NCBI GenBank assembly: GCA_964016885.1
Contig: OZ024742.1
Coordinates: 302,560,001 to 302,624,000, forward strand
Direction: 5' to 3'
DNA from: Eledone cirrhosa
Lineage: Eukaryota
DNA length: 64,000 nt
Within the stretch, counting starts at the first letter, position 1. Every line of letters begins with the position of its first letter. The position numbers and the translations under genes were made by a program. Of the stretch, positions 28,211 to 43,385 are shown in pieces. Below the pieces are notes generated by a model. The model saw nothing but the letters and a program-made list of their open reading frames with translations. It had not been told where the DNA came from and searched no databases.

Positions 28211-28665
28211 ATTAATAAAAGGAATTCCAGCTTTGTCGGATTTACTCGTTTTATTTACAATCCTTTAAAATTATCATGATATTATAATGAAATAGTATGG
28301 TAGAATATTAAATGTTAAGTGTTAATTGAACAAGTACTTTCATGCCTTCGCAATCTTCAGTAGTGACAGTCAAGTTTTCAATTTTCAACTGTAATGAGAT
28401 GGGTAAATTTTGTGCCTTATATACAGTGAAAAGCGGCTACAGAATGCTAAATCTTGCAAACTGTATTTCGACCAATCGGTGTGTAGTTTCACTTGATTAC
28501 TAAAGCTGATTGGTTTAGGCGTCACGGTTGGTTGAACATATCTAACGACTTCTATTTAACCCTATCCAAAGCATCAATTGTTTTGCTATTTTTAGAAATG
28601 ATGAAAATAGCATTTTCTAGGGTTTTTATAAAAAAGTCTTCAGTAATCATCACCATTAACATCAC

Positions 28666-28705
<40 letters not shown>

Positions 28706-29872
28706 GTTGTTGTTGTTAGTGGTGGTAGTCGACATGGTTGTAGGCGTAGTCATAGTAGGAGTAATACCTCTAAGCATTATTATTGTTCATTTAGCTTGGG
28801 TTGGAATTTATCAATAAAATTCTTTTCTTTAATTTTTCTCTTGATTTCACTTGGATTGTGTAATTTGTAGAATGGAAATATTCCCGGACCACATGTTGCT
28901 AGATGGTTACTTAGGGGTATCTGACGGACATTTGGGTCTCTGATTTGCTGACGGTGTACCCGTGCACGTTCTGATAGTGCATTTCCAGTTAGACCGACAT
29001 ATAGTTCTTCACAATTCGGGCATTTAATGCAGTAAATTAGATTTCTGCTTTTGCAGTTCATATTTGCATTTGGGAATATTTTTCCAGTTTTTGTGTTCAT
29101 ATATTAACCAGTGTGCATGGATTGACATGTGCCACATCGACTATCATTGCATTTAGATACAGTGAATGATTGGTCTTTGTTGTTAAGGTCAAACTTTGCT
29201 TTTGTTAGTAATTGCTTCAAATTTTTCGGCTGTCTTTTACTAAGAGTCAAAGATCGGTCTGTGATTAAACCTTTTAATTCATTACTTTGAGCAATGATCG
29301 GTAGGTTTGCTTTGGCAGTGTTGAATATATTCTGGTGACATGGGTTGTGATTCATTATAAATGGTATGACCAGTTCTTGGTTTCTTCTTCCTTGGGTTGT
29401 GCTAAGTTGTTGTATAGGTATTTTTATAGCCCGCTGTATGCCATATTCTATAAGTAGAGATGGGTATTTTTGTTTGAGCAAAAATTCAGTTCTGTTAGGC
29501 GTTTGTTCCTGGTATTGGTATCTTCTACAATGGTACAAATTCTTCTGGCTAGGCAGTATGGGATGTTGCCTTTTGTATGAGGTGGATGGCACGACTTAAA
29601 ATTCAGATATTGATGGGTGTCTGTATGTTTATAATATATATCCGTGGTAATGGTGGTGTCGTTTTTGATTACCATTATATCTAGGAATGGTAATTTGGTT
29701 CTACTCATCTCTTTTGTGAATTGGAGAGATGTGAAGATTGCGAAAGCATGAAAGTACTGGTTCAATTAACACTTAACATTTAATATTCTACCATACTATA
29801 TCATTATAATTTTAAAGGATTGTAAATAAAACGAGTAAATGAGACAAAGTTGGAATTCCTTTTATTAATATA
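28211..29872 (-). mobile_element. 5'-truncated PLE with inverted pLTR
   Basis: LPFLD, IYYKHTDTHQYL, CNDSRCGTC, NLIYCIKC..C..LYVG; 28211-28359 inverted at 29732-29872; HHR-like CTGAAGA-t tgc gaag gca t-GAAAGTACTT with poor stem I. Confidence 0.88.
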
Positions 29873-29877
29873 TATAC

Positions 29878-30870
<993 letters not shown>

Positions 30871-31275
30871 ACACAAAGATATTTAGAATAAAAGAATATA
30901 TGTATATATATGTGTGTGTCTGTGTGTGTGCGTGTATGTATGTATGATTGTATATGTCATTTACATGCGTGTGTTTGTGCATTTGTTTCTCTATCAGATA
31001 CTACCAACGATGGAGTGTGAAAGTGAAAGATGACTAAAAAGAAAGACTGTGATAATAAGTATTTATGTGTGATCCCGTGTGTAAGAGGAATACAATTCTC
31101 AAGAGATATCTCTGACAACTGGTGATATTTATTCTACGCTACAGTATTTCTTCTACATGCTTTCCTTTACATGTAGACTGACATAAATATATAAATTCAT
31201 ACATGCATACTTACATATATATGCACACAGATATACATATACACACACATATATACATATGCACACATACATGCT

Positions 31276-31330
<55 letters not shown>

Positions 31331-31346
31331 TCACATTTACACATTT

Positions 31347-31410
<64 letters not shown>

Positions 31411-31551
31411 ATGTTTTTAGAAATTGATTTAAGATTATTCCGGTCGGGTTCGGAATCCTCTTCAACATTAATTTAGCTTCTCTCTGAATAGCAATAAACT
31501 ATGATCGATGTCAAATATGGAGGATATACCCTCTCGCTGAGAACACCTGCT

Positions 31552-31572
31552 ACACACACGCATGCACGTACG

Positions 31573-31642
<70 letters not shown>

Positions 31643-31663
31643 CACACACACACAGACATACAC

Positions 31664-31699
<36 letters not shown>

Positions 31700-31787
31700 A
31701 CACATGCACCCGAAGACATACACACACACACACGAACACACACGGACACAGACACATTTAGACACACACACCACATACACACGGTCA

Positions 31788-31821
<34 letters not shown>

Positions 31822-31973
31822 ACACACACGGACACACACACACAGACATACACGGACACACACACACACACACACACATACACACACATGCACCCGAAGA
31901 CACACAAACACACACACACGAACACACACGGACACAGACACATTCAGACACACACACCACATACACACGGTCA

Positions 31974-32012
<39 letters not shown>

Positions 32013-32088
32013 ACAGATACACACACAGCCACACACACAGACATACACGGACATAGACACACACGCGTACACACACACACACACACAG
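31552..32088. repeat. CA-derived minisatellite with ~185-bp tandem duplication
   Basis: markers catgcacccgaagac and cacggtcacaaac each recur about 184 bp apart. Confidence 0.8.
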
Positions 32089-32556
32089 ATGTGGAACCGC
32101 AATCGGTTCTGGCGACGAGTGTTTTTGTTGTGTGAACAACAGAGCAGCATGCTCGTGAGATTAACATGCTAATAGCTGACTTCTTTAGAAAGACGTACAT
32201 CCTTACGGTAATTCTCAGGGAGATTCAATGTAAGAGTATGACAAAGTTGGTCGTTTGAATTCTATGTAGAATGAACTAGACTAACGTGAAATAAAGTGTA
32301 TTCCGATCGCTAGCCGAATACCCTAACCACTAAGCCACGCACCTTCACACACACACACGCATATATATGTATATCTATATATCTATATATATGCGTGTGT
32401 GTGTTTGTATATATATATATATATACATATACACACACATACACACACACACACACACATATATATATGTATATCTATATATTTCTATATATATAATTAT
32501 ATATATATAAATATATGCGTGTGTGTGTTTGTGTGTGTGTATGTATATATGTATAT

Positions 32557-33105
32557 GGTCGGGTCGTTGGCGACTAAACTGGCAACCCCACCGAGGTTTC
32601 TTGGTGAGGAGGGTGACTTTGGACATCCTGCAGGACTAAAAACAAAACCTGTCAAAGGGCAAAGGAGCTCTTAAGAGTCAATGGCCATCCAAAATCACCG
32701 GGAGAGATGAACCCTTAGCCTTTGTCAAGGCAGAATTCTAGGAGAAGGAAAACTCTGATATAACACCTGCAACCCTGATGGTATCCAATGATGTTGACTT
32801 GTTCTTCTTTTTGGTAAATATCATCTTGGTTAAGAGAGTGGGACTGGCTTTGTGCAGTGCCTTTGCTCACTATAAAAGCTTCACAGCACAGGCATTGCTT
32901 TATATCTAGAGATCTCTCTGCACTTGTCGTCACATGGTACCATGGGCCCAGCACTATGTGTCAATAATTGTCACAAGTGTAGTGTTTGTACCAGAGTTTT
33001 CAAGTCCCTGGCTGGACTAAAAAGTCACAGTCGTTCAGCGCATCGGTAGGGGTTCTACTACATGGATATACAGTAGTGGCCGTAATCGAAAACGAGGTGG
33101 CAGCC
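32557..33105 (+). mobile_element. Possible RTE-type LINE 5' UTR fragment
   Basis: GC-richer segment with ctggcaaccc and ggaaaactctga motifs reminiscent of RTE 5' UTRs; no coding support. Confidence 0.35.
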
Positions 33106-33119
33106 AATATATATATATA

Positions 33120-33455
33120 TATTGTTATACTTGGAGAGGGTCATATTGTTGTAATAATATTGTCAGAAATAATAACAGAATATATATTATAGATAACGAG
33201 GAATCAGTAATGCATCAAAACACAATATATTAACATATTACATATGTTTCTTCGCCGATCAACTCAAGGCAGGATCTGTTACAAATCGAACCTGACTCTG
33301 CCGATCGTCGGAAAAACATATGTAATATGTTAATATATTGTGTTTTGATGCATCACTGATTCCTCGTTATCTATAATAAATACTCTGCTCTGCTCAAACG
33401 ACTGCTCGAACAGCATACCGCCTACAGACGCATTTATTGCAACCATACAATAACT
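33120..33455. mobile_element. Fold-back mini-element family G with HHR 33232-33311 (-)
   Basis: arms ~33176-33249/~33314-33388; minus strand CCGACGA-tcg..cga a-GAAAC-ATAT-GTA; 5' strand of stem I lost at the junction. Confidence 0.7.
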
Positions 33456-33523
33456 ATATAAATATATATATATTGTGTGTGTTTGTGTGTATATATATAT
33501 ATATATATATATTTTTGTGTGTT

Positions 33524-33576
<53 letters not shown>

Positions 33577-33632
33577 TAATAAAAACAATAAAATAAAAAC
33601 AAAGAACAAGTTCCTTATATTAAAAAATTCAT

Positions 33633-33758
33633 CATGTTACGATCGTTTCTGGGATGTATATGTGTGTTGGTATGTATATAATGTTTAAGATCTATGTAAA
33701 AATATTACAAATTATCAGAGAAAATATACATATCTTCACATATACATGCCGTCCTCAG

Positions 33759-33763
<5 letters not shown>
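33633..33763 (-). ncRNA. Hammerhead with ~100-nt stem II
   Basis: CTGAGGA-cggc atgtatatgtg...cacatatacat ccca-GAAAC-GATC-GTA; stem I weak or truncated by (TA)n. Confidence 0.65.
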
Positions 33764-33840
<77 letters not shown>

Positions 33841-35079
33841 AATATATATACATATATATATATATTTATACACGAGACACACACACAAACATCACAAATA
33901 ATATATATACTCTTATATAAACATACACGATGAACACTCAATCTCTCTATGTGGCCCTCTCACAAATGCACACACACATCTAAACTATAATAAAGTAAGG
34001 AACGCGGGACTGCGTACGGTTTATAACTGTTTATCCCATTAGTAAAATAAGTTGGATTACTTTGAATAAATAATGAATGAATATTACATAATTTATCTAC
34101 TAAATTTTGTGGCTGTTGATTAAATATATTTTGTTTATTTAAAGATTCACTTCTTTAAAATTTCTGAAATGTTAACACTTCCGGTTGGCCATCGCTTAAA
34201 TAAACATACTAATTTTCTGTCACTAATTTTCTCCTAATGCATATAATATCGTCTTTTTATAATGTATCATGGATTATGTTACTGATTAAATAAGACAGTG
34301 TAACGCAGTCTTCGTTCAATTTCTATGTTTTATATATTGTTAATTACGATTTTATTTCATGTATCATATCTACATGTATATATACCTGCGTATAATATCA
34401 ATATACACACTACACATACTAGCAGAAAACCACTCGAAGTGTGGTTGTTCTGCTAGTATATATAAAGATGCAATGGCGCTCCCCTACAAAATAACGAGCG
34501 GGGAAAGCTAAACGTATCCACATATTAACATAATATATATATATTATTGGCCACTGAAGAAGCATTGATGGTGACAGAAAATAAAGCAATATATTCATTT
34601 TAACTTCCTTTATGTAAATGTATTATCTGTTATACGAGATACTTATAATTATATTTAATTTAGCACACACACACACACAGAGATAAACACATGCACGCGC
34701 GCACCTCCACACGCATGCACACACGCGTGTCACTTAATTTAAAGACACGAGTACACTGGTGATTAAACGTTAATTATTTCCGTTTATTTAATCAATTTCT
34801 ATTGAGACTATATATGAAGAGAAAGAGAATATTTTACTCTTAAATGATCTTCGTTTCAACGTAAAAATTTGACATTAGTCTAATGGAATTATTGGGAGCG
34901 TTATTAATGCCACAAAAATAATCGCCAGCTAATTTATGAACTTTTAAAGAATTTTTCAGTAAAATACAATTGGTGCATGATAATTTGAGATTAATAAAAA
35001 TATTTGGCTCTAAAAATTGGTTGGGTATCCCAAATTTCTCAAACCATGTTCACTTATACACAGATGTGACCATCTAGCC

Positions 35080-35384
35080 AAGAGGTTTCAACCTTTTTGG
35101 GCCACCGCCCCCCTCATGGTCACGTAATACCCTCATCGCCTCCAACCTTATTTCCAGAGAGACCTGTCTACACGCAAATTGTAAATAATATATAAAATAA
35201 ATAATACAATATGTATAAATAAATATATATATTTTTATTTTACTGAATTTATATATAGTATGTATCATTTGATATCTAATATACTATTATATCATCTCTA
35301 CCGCCTCGTTAGGTCCCAGCGTCCCTCGGCCTTCTCAACGTGCCCAGAGGGTGGGGACGGTAGCGCCCACTTTGAGAACCTCTG
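35080..35384. mobile_element. hAT (Charlie-like) MITE
   Basis: TIR-like aagaggtttcaa / tttgagaacctctg; degenerate 8-bp TSD atctagcc/atctcgac resembling NTCTAGAN. Confidence 0.6.
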
Positions 35385-35446
35385 ATCTCGACGATTGATG
35401 ATCACGTCTGAATTCTTTCCCTTTCACACCATTCAGTTTGGGCTAT

Positions 35447-35864
35447 ATAATTATGGTTTCTGATTTAGGCACAAGGTTAACAATTTATTTGGGAGGGGAA
35501 AGTAGATTAACTCCACCCAAGTGCGTTACTGGTATTATATTTTACCGACCCTGTATGGATGAAAAGCGAAGCTAGCCTTGGCGGAATTTGAAATCAGAAA
35601 GTGAAGGGCCCTAACTTTATGCCGGGAAGTATGTTGTCCGACGCTCTACTGATACTGCCAATCCACCGCCCTTTGGGCTATATAATAATTGTTTCTACTT
35701 TTGCCACAAGGCCAGCAATTATACCAATGCATTACTGGTACTTTATTTTATCGACCCCGTAAGGATGAAAGGCAAAGTTACCCCCGGCTTAATTTGAACT
35801 CAAACCGTAAAGGGCCGTAACTCTATGCTGCAAAGCATGGCGTCCGACCCTCTACCGATACTGC
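35447..35864 (-). mobile_element. Two tandem SINE family 1 copies
   Basis: 35447-35670 and 35684-35864 each match the family core. Confidence 0.8.
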
Positions 35865-35929
35865 CTTTGATTTGATACTATTATTTAGGCATAATAAAAA
35901 TCTTTTTCGTTATTTTCATAGGTTTTCTA

Positions 35930-36760
35930 GCGAATTCATATACAGAGGTTGTTTTGGTCATTCCAACAATCGTATTTTATGCTTTCAATGAATTCCTTGA
36001 TTATTCTTGGAGATTGCTTCAGGTCATTGTCATGCTGAAATAACCACGACAGGCTCAAATTATTCTTGACATGAACACATGCTTAACTGACAGATTCATG
36101 TACTCTGGGGTAAATTTTCTCGCATGACGTCAGGTTCGGCCTTTAAAGCTGAACAAATTAAATTGCGATTCATTGAACCACAATTTTGGTTTTTATTACA
36201 CTGACGACATCTAAATCTTAGGCACCTTTGCGACCTGAATACAGGGATCTCCATTATATACAGGGTTTTACTGCAACATCCCAAAATACTTAAATACTTA
36301 AGCCGATATTCAAGGACATATTGTAGATATAATGTGATGTTTAGCTGTTTAGGTCTGTTTTGGTCCAGATATCCAAGTGGACATAAACTAGGACGAGATA
36401 ATGACCAGAGTGGCCCGTCTCACCCAGAAATTGGCTTAGAGGAAGATATTCTTGAAGGATCAGGCAAACGTCTACATGATCCCCGTATTTTATTACCGCC
36501 TGACCGTTGTGCCTTTCCCCAGTTCTTTACTGACCAAATTGGAGAGATAGTTCTTTCGCTTTTTGTGAAAGGTACGCCTTTCGTCGGTCAAACGGTCCAA
36601 CAGCTGCCAGAATCCGCTGTGGAGTACTGCGTAAGACATGGCTTATAATATTCAGACACGTGGTGAGGTTGCGATATCTCCAGTAATTCCTTGATGGTGA
36701 ATATGTAGGACGTAATCGGCTATCAACTGAATCCGTTGTGAACATTACCCTGCTGCCTTT
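35930..36760 (-). pseudogene. Decayed Tc1-family transposase
   Basis: minus-strand peptides LSNLVSKELGK..TVRR, WFNESQFNLFSFKGR (cf. WSDESKFNLFGSDG) and LFQHDNDLKQ (cf. FQQDNDPKH). Confidence 0.65.
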
Positions 36761-37358
36761 CTTTAATTAAGAAGGGGAGACAGTATTTATCTGTGTCGGG
36801 GTTATAGCAAAAGACGTTGTGTGGTGGGTGAGATTCAGAGGACTGAAAACAAAACGTTTTTTCTTTGCGCAAGCCCACTAATTTTTCAAATTTTCTCTGA
36901 AAAAAAAAATTGATGATGGAGAAGGAAATTGTTGCCTTTCAGCAAATGTTGATAGTTTAATGAGAGTAGTGAGCATGGTCCGAATGAACGAGCCTGCTCT
37001 GAGTATGGACCAAAAACATTGGAAGTCATCAGAGTGGTCATGCTTTTGTAGGTTTTCCATGAGTAGCACTTTGAAGTGTGCCCTCCTCCCCTCACAACCC
37101 TTTTTAGAATTTTATTTGTTTGAACTTTTTTGTTATTCCCTTTAATTTTTTTATTTCCCCAAAATAGTGCTGACTGACACTGTCCCTGTCATGAGAAGAG
37201 CATTATCAATTTAAAAACATTGCAAAGACATTTACTGTTCTTTGTGCCCTTGTGGCATCATTGGTATGACAATTGATTGTAAAATGTGTCTATTATAACA
37301 TTTTGCCTCAGGTGTCAGGTTGATTTGGGAAATAAGCAGGGTTTAAAGGAAGTCTCAA

Positions 37359-37535
37359 CTAATAATTGTTCCTACTTTTGGCACAAGGCCAGCAATTATC
37401 CCAGTGGTACTTTATTTTATCGACCCCGTAAGGATGAAAGGCAAAGTTAACCTCGGCGGGATTTGAACTCAGTTCTTAAAGGGACGTAACTCTTTGCTGG
37501 AAAGCATGGCGTCCGACTCTCTGCCGATACTGCCA
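37359..37535 (-). mobile_element. SINE family 1
   Basis: sequence match to 19969-20157. Confidence 0.85.
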
Positions 37536-37539
37536 AAAC

Positions 37540-38200
37540 GATGATAATGCTGGAACGATGGTATCGTATGTGATGGTGATGGTGGTGATAGAGGTTCTGC
37601 TGTTGGTGATATTATGTGTAACGATGATGGCGATAATCATGATGATCAGGTTTATGATATCGATGATGATAGCAATGGTACTAGATGTTGTGTAACGCTA
37701 ACTATGTTACTGCTGATGGTGCTGATGGGCTGGTGGTATGATGTTTAAGCGATGGTGGAGAGATGACGTGAATGAAAATGGTGGCGGTGGTGGTGATAAT
37801 CGGGGTTGTAGTGGTGATGATGAGGATGATGATGATGATATGATTGTGATGTTGGCAGCAGTGGTGATAATATTAGCAGTGGAAGAATCTGTTGTTGTTG
37901 GTGGTGGTGGTGTTGATAAGGGTAATTATAGTGGTGATAATGCTGGTAGAGGTGGAGGTGGTGGTGGTAGTGGTGGTGGTGGTGGTGGTGGTGACAGTAA
38001 TAGTGGCAATGATGATGATGATGTTGACGACAATGATGATTAGGACAAACTTAATGACTACATCAAGTTCATGATAATTTTGTCTAAATAATTATATTCT
38101 AATTAGTACTGTACTGACTTGTTCGGCGTCACTAATATTGACGCTGGCGTCGTCGTTGTCGCTGTTGTTGTTGTTGATGGTGTTGTTGTTAATGCTGTTG
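37540..38200. repeat. GAT/GGT/GTT low-complexity tract
   Basis: degenerate trinucleotide repeats. Confidence 0.85.
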
Positions 38201-38860
38201 TTGGCCTTCTTCTGGTACAAAAATGACATTGATGGTAATTAACATTAGTATAGTGTTTTTTCAAGGTGATCGGCTGGCATAATCAGTGGAGCGCCAGACA
38301 AAAATCTTGTGATATTCGTTCCAACTCTTGACGTTCGAAGCTCAAAACCCTCCGTGTTTAAATTTATATTTCCTCTTACCCGGTAGATAATGTACCAACC
38401 GAATACTTTGGAAAGGGATATCGGGGTGCAGGCTTTGGAAAATGGGTACGATGAAGTTCCGCTTCCTGGATAATTTTATCTGATTGTCAAAGATGCAGAG
38501 GTTAAGCACCCCTGGAGTTATGTTCTAGCAGCGTGCATATCGTCACTTACACAATATACCTGAGAGAATAAGCAAAGGCTGTGTATCCTTACTGATACAC
38601 TAAAACAAAACTGTATTAGTGTATCATTTCTGGTGCAACAGTGCAGGGATGTATAACATCTGGGGCAATACTGTAGCAATATGTTCTAATTGGTTCAATA
38701 GTGTAGCAGTATATCGTTGTTGCTGCAATATTGCCAGCAATGAATGCTTGCTGGTGCAATAGTGCAGGCGTAAGAAAAGAAAACCGTTGAAGCCATGAGC
38801 ATTGCAATGTATGATGCACTTAGTAGAGATAGAAATATATATTTGTCTCCCCCCCCCCCA

Positions 38861-38892
<32 letters not shown>

Positions 38893-39108
38893 CGATATAT
38901 ATATATAGAGAAAGGTTCATGTTTATATGTGAGCATATATATTTGTATGCTGCACTCAGTAGAGATAACTATATATAATTGTCTCCCCCACTCTCTCTCT
39001 CTCTGATGAGGACCCCCCCTGTTCTTACTTTCTTCGTATTCCCATTGCATTTTAAGTTACCTTAAATAGCAACTACACAGCCATTACTATTCTCCATATA
39101 TATATATA

Positions 39109-39849
39109 TACAAGATAATATAAATTAATATATATGATAAACACAGATACCAACATATCAGTGTTTGTATTGTAAATGACTAAGTTAGCTAGATTGAAAA
39201 ATACTAATTATAATAATACAGTTTGCCTGTCTCGATTTAAAATAATAAATCAATAAAAACAAACCATATTGGCAAATAGCCGTGTTTTGAACTCTTTATT
39301 CATAGTATCACTGCTCCTTATGTTGAGCTAACTTTAGCCCCATATAAACGGCTGTTATTTCTAGCAGCACGAGTATGTTGCAGCTAGAAACTGAAAAACC
39401 ATGTGCGTTAATCAGTCTTTTTAAATATTTTGAAGTGAAACATACCAATTTTTCAGGGTACTTACTGAGGAGATCTGATTGTGGTATTTTTTCACCTTTT
39501 TCACTTTTTCATTTATCGAAACATATTTGGATTTTAGAGTTTAAACTTATCTACGGAACAGGTTTGATTTTGAAATTTAAATTTGTCTAAGTACCACGGC
39601 TATTTGCCAATATGGTTTGTTTTTATTGATTTATTATTTTAAATCGAGACAGGCAAACTGTATTATTATAATTAGTATTTTTCAATCTAGCTAACTTAGT
39701 CATTTACAATACAAACACTGATATGTTGGTATCTGTGTTTATCATATATATTAATTTATATTATCTTGTATTACACGGCTCAGAAATACTTCTTTCTTTG
39801 AGCTATTTCATTGTAAACGACTGCCTGAGTTTTGAACTCTTTATTCATA

Positions 39850-39853
<4 letters not shown>
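39109..39853 (+). mobile_element. Fold-back mini-element family H
   Basis: ~175-bp inverted arms 39109-39283/39595-39770; direct repeat ttttgaactctttattcatagta at ~39285 and ~39830. Confidence 0.8.
39457..39595 (+). ncRNA. Type I hammerhead with ~60-nt stem III
   Basis: ggtactta-CTGAGGA-gat..atc-GAAAC-atatttggatttt...gaaatttaaattt-GTC-taagtacc; perfect 8-bp stem I. Confidence 0.8.
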
Positions 39854-39903
<50 letters not shown>

Positions 39904-39947
39904 AAGTTAAATAAAAGTCAAATGATTAAAATTTAGCTTCGTTTATT

Positions 39948-40002
39948 ACTGCTATATATATTTCAGTGACAGCCATCTTTGGCTGTGACCTCTTCAGGCA
40001 GT
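39948..40002 (-). ncRNA. Type I hammerhead motif
   Basis: actgc-CTGAAGA-ggtcacagcc aaagat ggctgtcact-GAAA-TATATA-TA-gcagt. Confidence 0.8.
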
Positions 40003-40549
40003 TTGAATTAGTATGGTATAGACAAGTACATATGTTGTTTAGGTGTATGATATTGTCAATACTCTGATATGCCCAGTTCCTTGTTGGGTTGTTAATTCAC
40101 TGGGGAACTGGAGTCATATATATATATATATATATTTATATTTATGTTTATATGTGAGCATATATATTTGTATGCTGCACTCAGTAGAGGTAGGAATATA
40201 TATTTGTCTCCCCCCTCCACGCTCTCTCTCTATATATATATATCTATATCTCTCTCTATATATATATCTATGTTTATATGTGAACATATATATTTGTCTC
40301 CCCCCCACTCTCTCTCTATATATATATATAAACATTAATCTCTCTCTATATAGATTTATGTCTATATGTGAGCATATATATTTGTATGCTGCTCTCAGTA
40401 GAGGTAGGTATATATATATTTGTCTCCCTCTCCCTCTCTCTCTCTATATATATAATATATATATATAATATATATATATATATGCATATATATTTAGATT
40501 TATATATGTGTGTATATATGCATATATGCATATATACATACATAGGCGC

Positions 40550-40587
<38 letters not shown>

Positions 40588-41103
40588 CTTTACCCTTTCT
40601 AGCAGTCTCTCTCTTTGTTAGCCTCTTCCTCACCCTTCACTCACTCATTCTCTGTCACTACCTCTCCTCCTCCTCTTTCTTCCCGTTTGACCTGTGTGTA
40701 ATTCTTTTCTCTCGCACGCTGACCAAGCTGGTATAAATTTTTTCTCTCTCTCGTCTACGATTTCACAGAACTTATGTTTACCGAATTCGCAGACCAGACC
40801 CCTTCTTCCTCCCGTTAGACCTGTGCGAAATTCCTTCCTTGCTCACATTTCAACCAGGTTTGATGGTCTTTATTCTCTCGTTCACGATTTCACCGAATTT
40901 AAATTCATAGAAATCTGGGACTTGTCTCTTTCTTCCTCACTTTCTGTTGCTTCACCATTTTGTTTGTTTACCCTCGCGTCCCCTTTATTTACGTGTCCCA
41001 ACGACTTTTTTTAGCCGTTGCTCGCACCAACCGGAGGTATATGGTCTTTAAAGCGATGAAATGCCTATGATGGTTGGAAGATCACTGATGAAGGACAAAC
41101 TTT

Positions 41104-41179
<76 letters not shown>

Positions 41180-41293
41180 AAATATATGTATATATGTACA
41201 GATATATACATATATATATTAACATATATACATATACGCACTATGCATCCATATAATATACATCAATATATGTACATATATATATATATATAC

Positions 41294-41331
<38 letters not shown>

Positions 41332-42069
41332 ATACGAATTTATATGAATGCATATATGTCTGTATATAAATAAATAAATATATATATAAATATATATATA
41401 TATATACATATGTGTGTATGTATGTCTATGTATGTGTGTGAGTGTGTCTGCGTGTGTCTCTATATGTATATACATAGTGTTTAGATATTTCATATCATTT
41501 CGCAATTGTTTATTAACTATGTGTGTTATTCCCCAACTTGCAGTCATTAGCCCAACACATTGATCTCCCACAACTGGCAACTTATGGAGATGCATACGAA
41601 ACAACTATTCAAAATCATCCCCACTCCTTCTACAACCATATTCTTAGAGAAGTTAAATGATTTTCCATTAAGTGAATATTAGTAGGTCAAATGTGAGATG
41701 CTTTTCCTCCCCGCAGGGTATCTCAACCTCAATTCACTAATTTAACAATTATTTCCCTAAAGCTTTTCTATCCTCAAACTTAATTCACTCTCTCATTTTT
41801 CTCATTCTCATATTCCCCTAGTCTCACAAACACCCATTCTTATATTCTAATTCTCATATTCCCCTAGTCTCACAAACGCCCATTCTCATTCTTCATTGGT
41901 CTCGATCGTAATCACACTACCAAACCTACGTATTGTCTGTGATTCTCAGTCTCCATCTATCTTACTTCCCCAATACCCGCTGTCATTTGGTTTCTATCCT
42001 TTTCGTTGTTTCTTCGCATGCCTGTTTCATCCCACCCAACACGCACACACATATATACAATTTATACAT

Positions 42070-42710
<641 letters not shown>

Positions 42711-42955
42711 GTGTGTATGTATGGCTATGTATATATAATATGCAGTGTCGAGACCGGGGAGACCACAAATTAGTGTAGTACTCTATGCAAGAAAAGGGGA
42801 AGAGTAGGTATAATACACATATGGGTGTCTATGGGTGTGAGGAGAGAGAGAGATGGAGAGAGAGAGAGAACACACAAAAGAGAGACATACCATGTGTATA
42901 AACGAAAATATATATTTATGTATGTGTGCCTATATATATATTTATGTATGTGTGC

Positions 42956-43035
<80 letters not shown>

Positions 43036-43188
43036 GTATGTATATATATATTGTTGACGGCTGAGTTAAAAGAGTACTCAATACCGAAGTAGACTTTTAA
43101 TATTCATTTTATTATAGCTAAATAGTGAGACCTGTTGCTATGGTAAGCAGGCAAAACTACTGAGTAACAAGACTTACTATTAAGCTTC

Positions 43189-43385
43189 AATAATAATTGT
43201 TTCTACTTTTGGCACAAGGCCAGCAATTATTCCAGTGTATTACTGGTACTTTATTTCACCGACCCCGTAAGGATGAAAGGCAGAGTTAACCTCGGCGGGA
43301 TTTGAACTCAGACCATAAAGGGCTGTAAGTCATTGCTGCAAAGCATGGCGTCCGACCCTTTACCGATACTGTCAATCCACCACCC
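43189..43385 (-). mobile_element. SINE family 1
   Basis: sequence match to 19969-20157. Confidence 0.85.

Noticed and set aside
31405-31470. Minus-strand TTGAAGA followed by a hairpin
   Set aside because: No GAAA core or stem I; too degenerate to call.
32557-32680. HDV-like ribozyme in the putative RTE 5' end
   Set aside because: Hairpins are present, but the nested double pseudoknot could not be assembled by eye.
37738-38074. Gly/Asp-rich ORF
   Set aside because: Product of GGT/GAT low-complexity repeats.
41044-41097. Possible permuted (type II) hammerhead GAAA..tgat/atca-CTGATGA-aggac
   Set aside because: Stem III does not pair and stem II is interrupted; compatible with chance.
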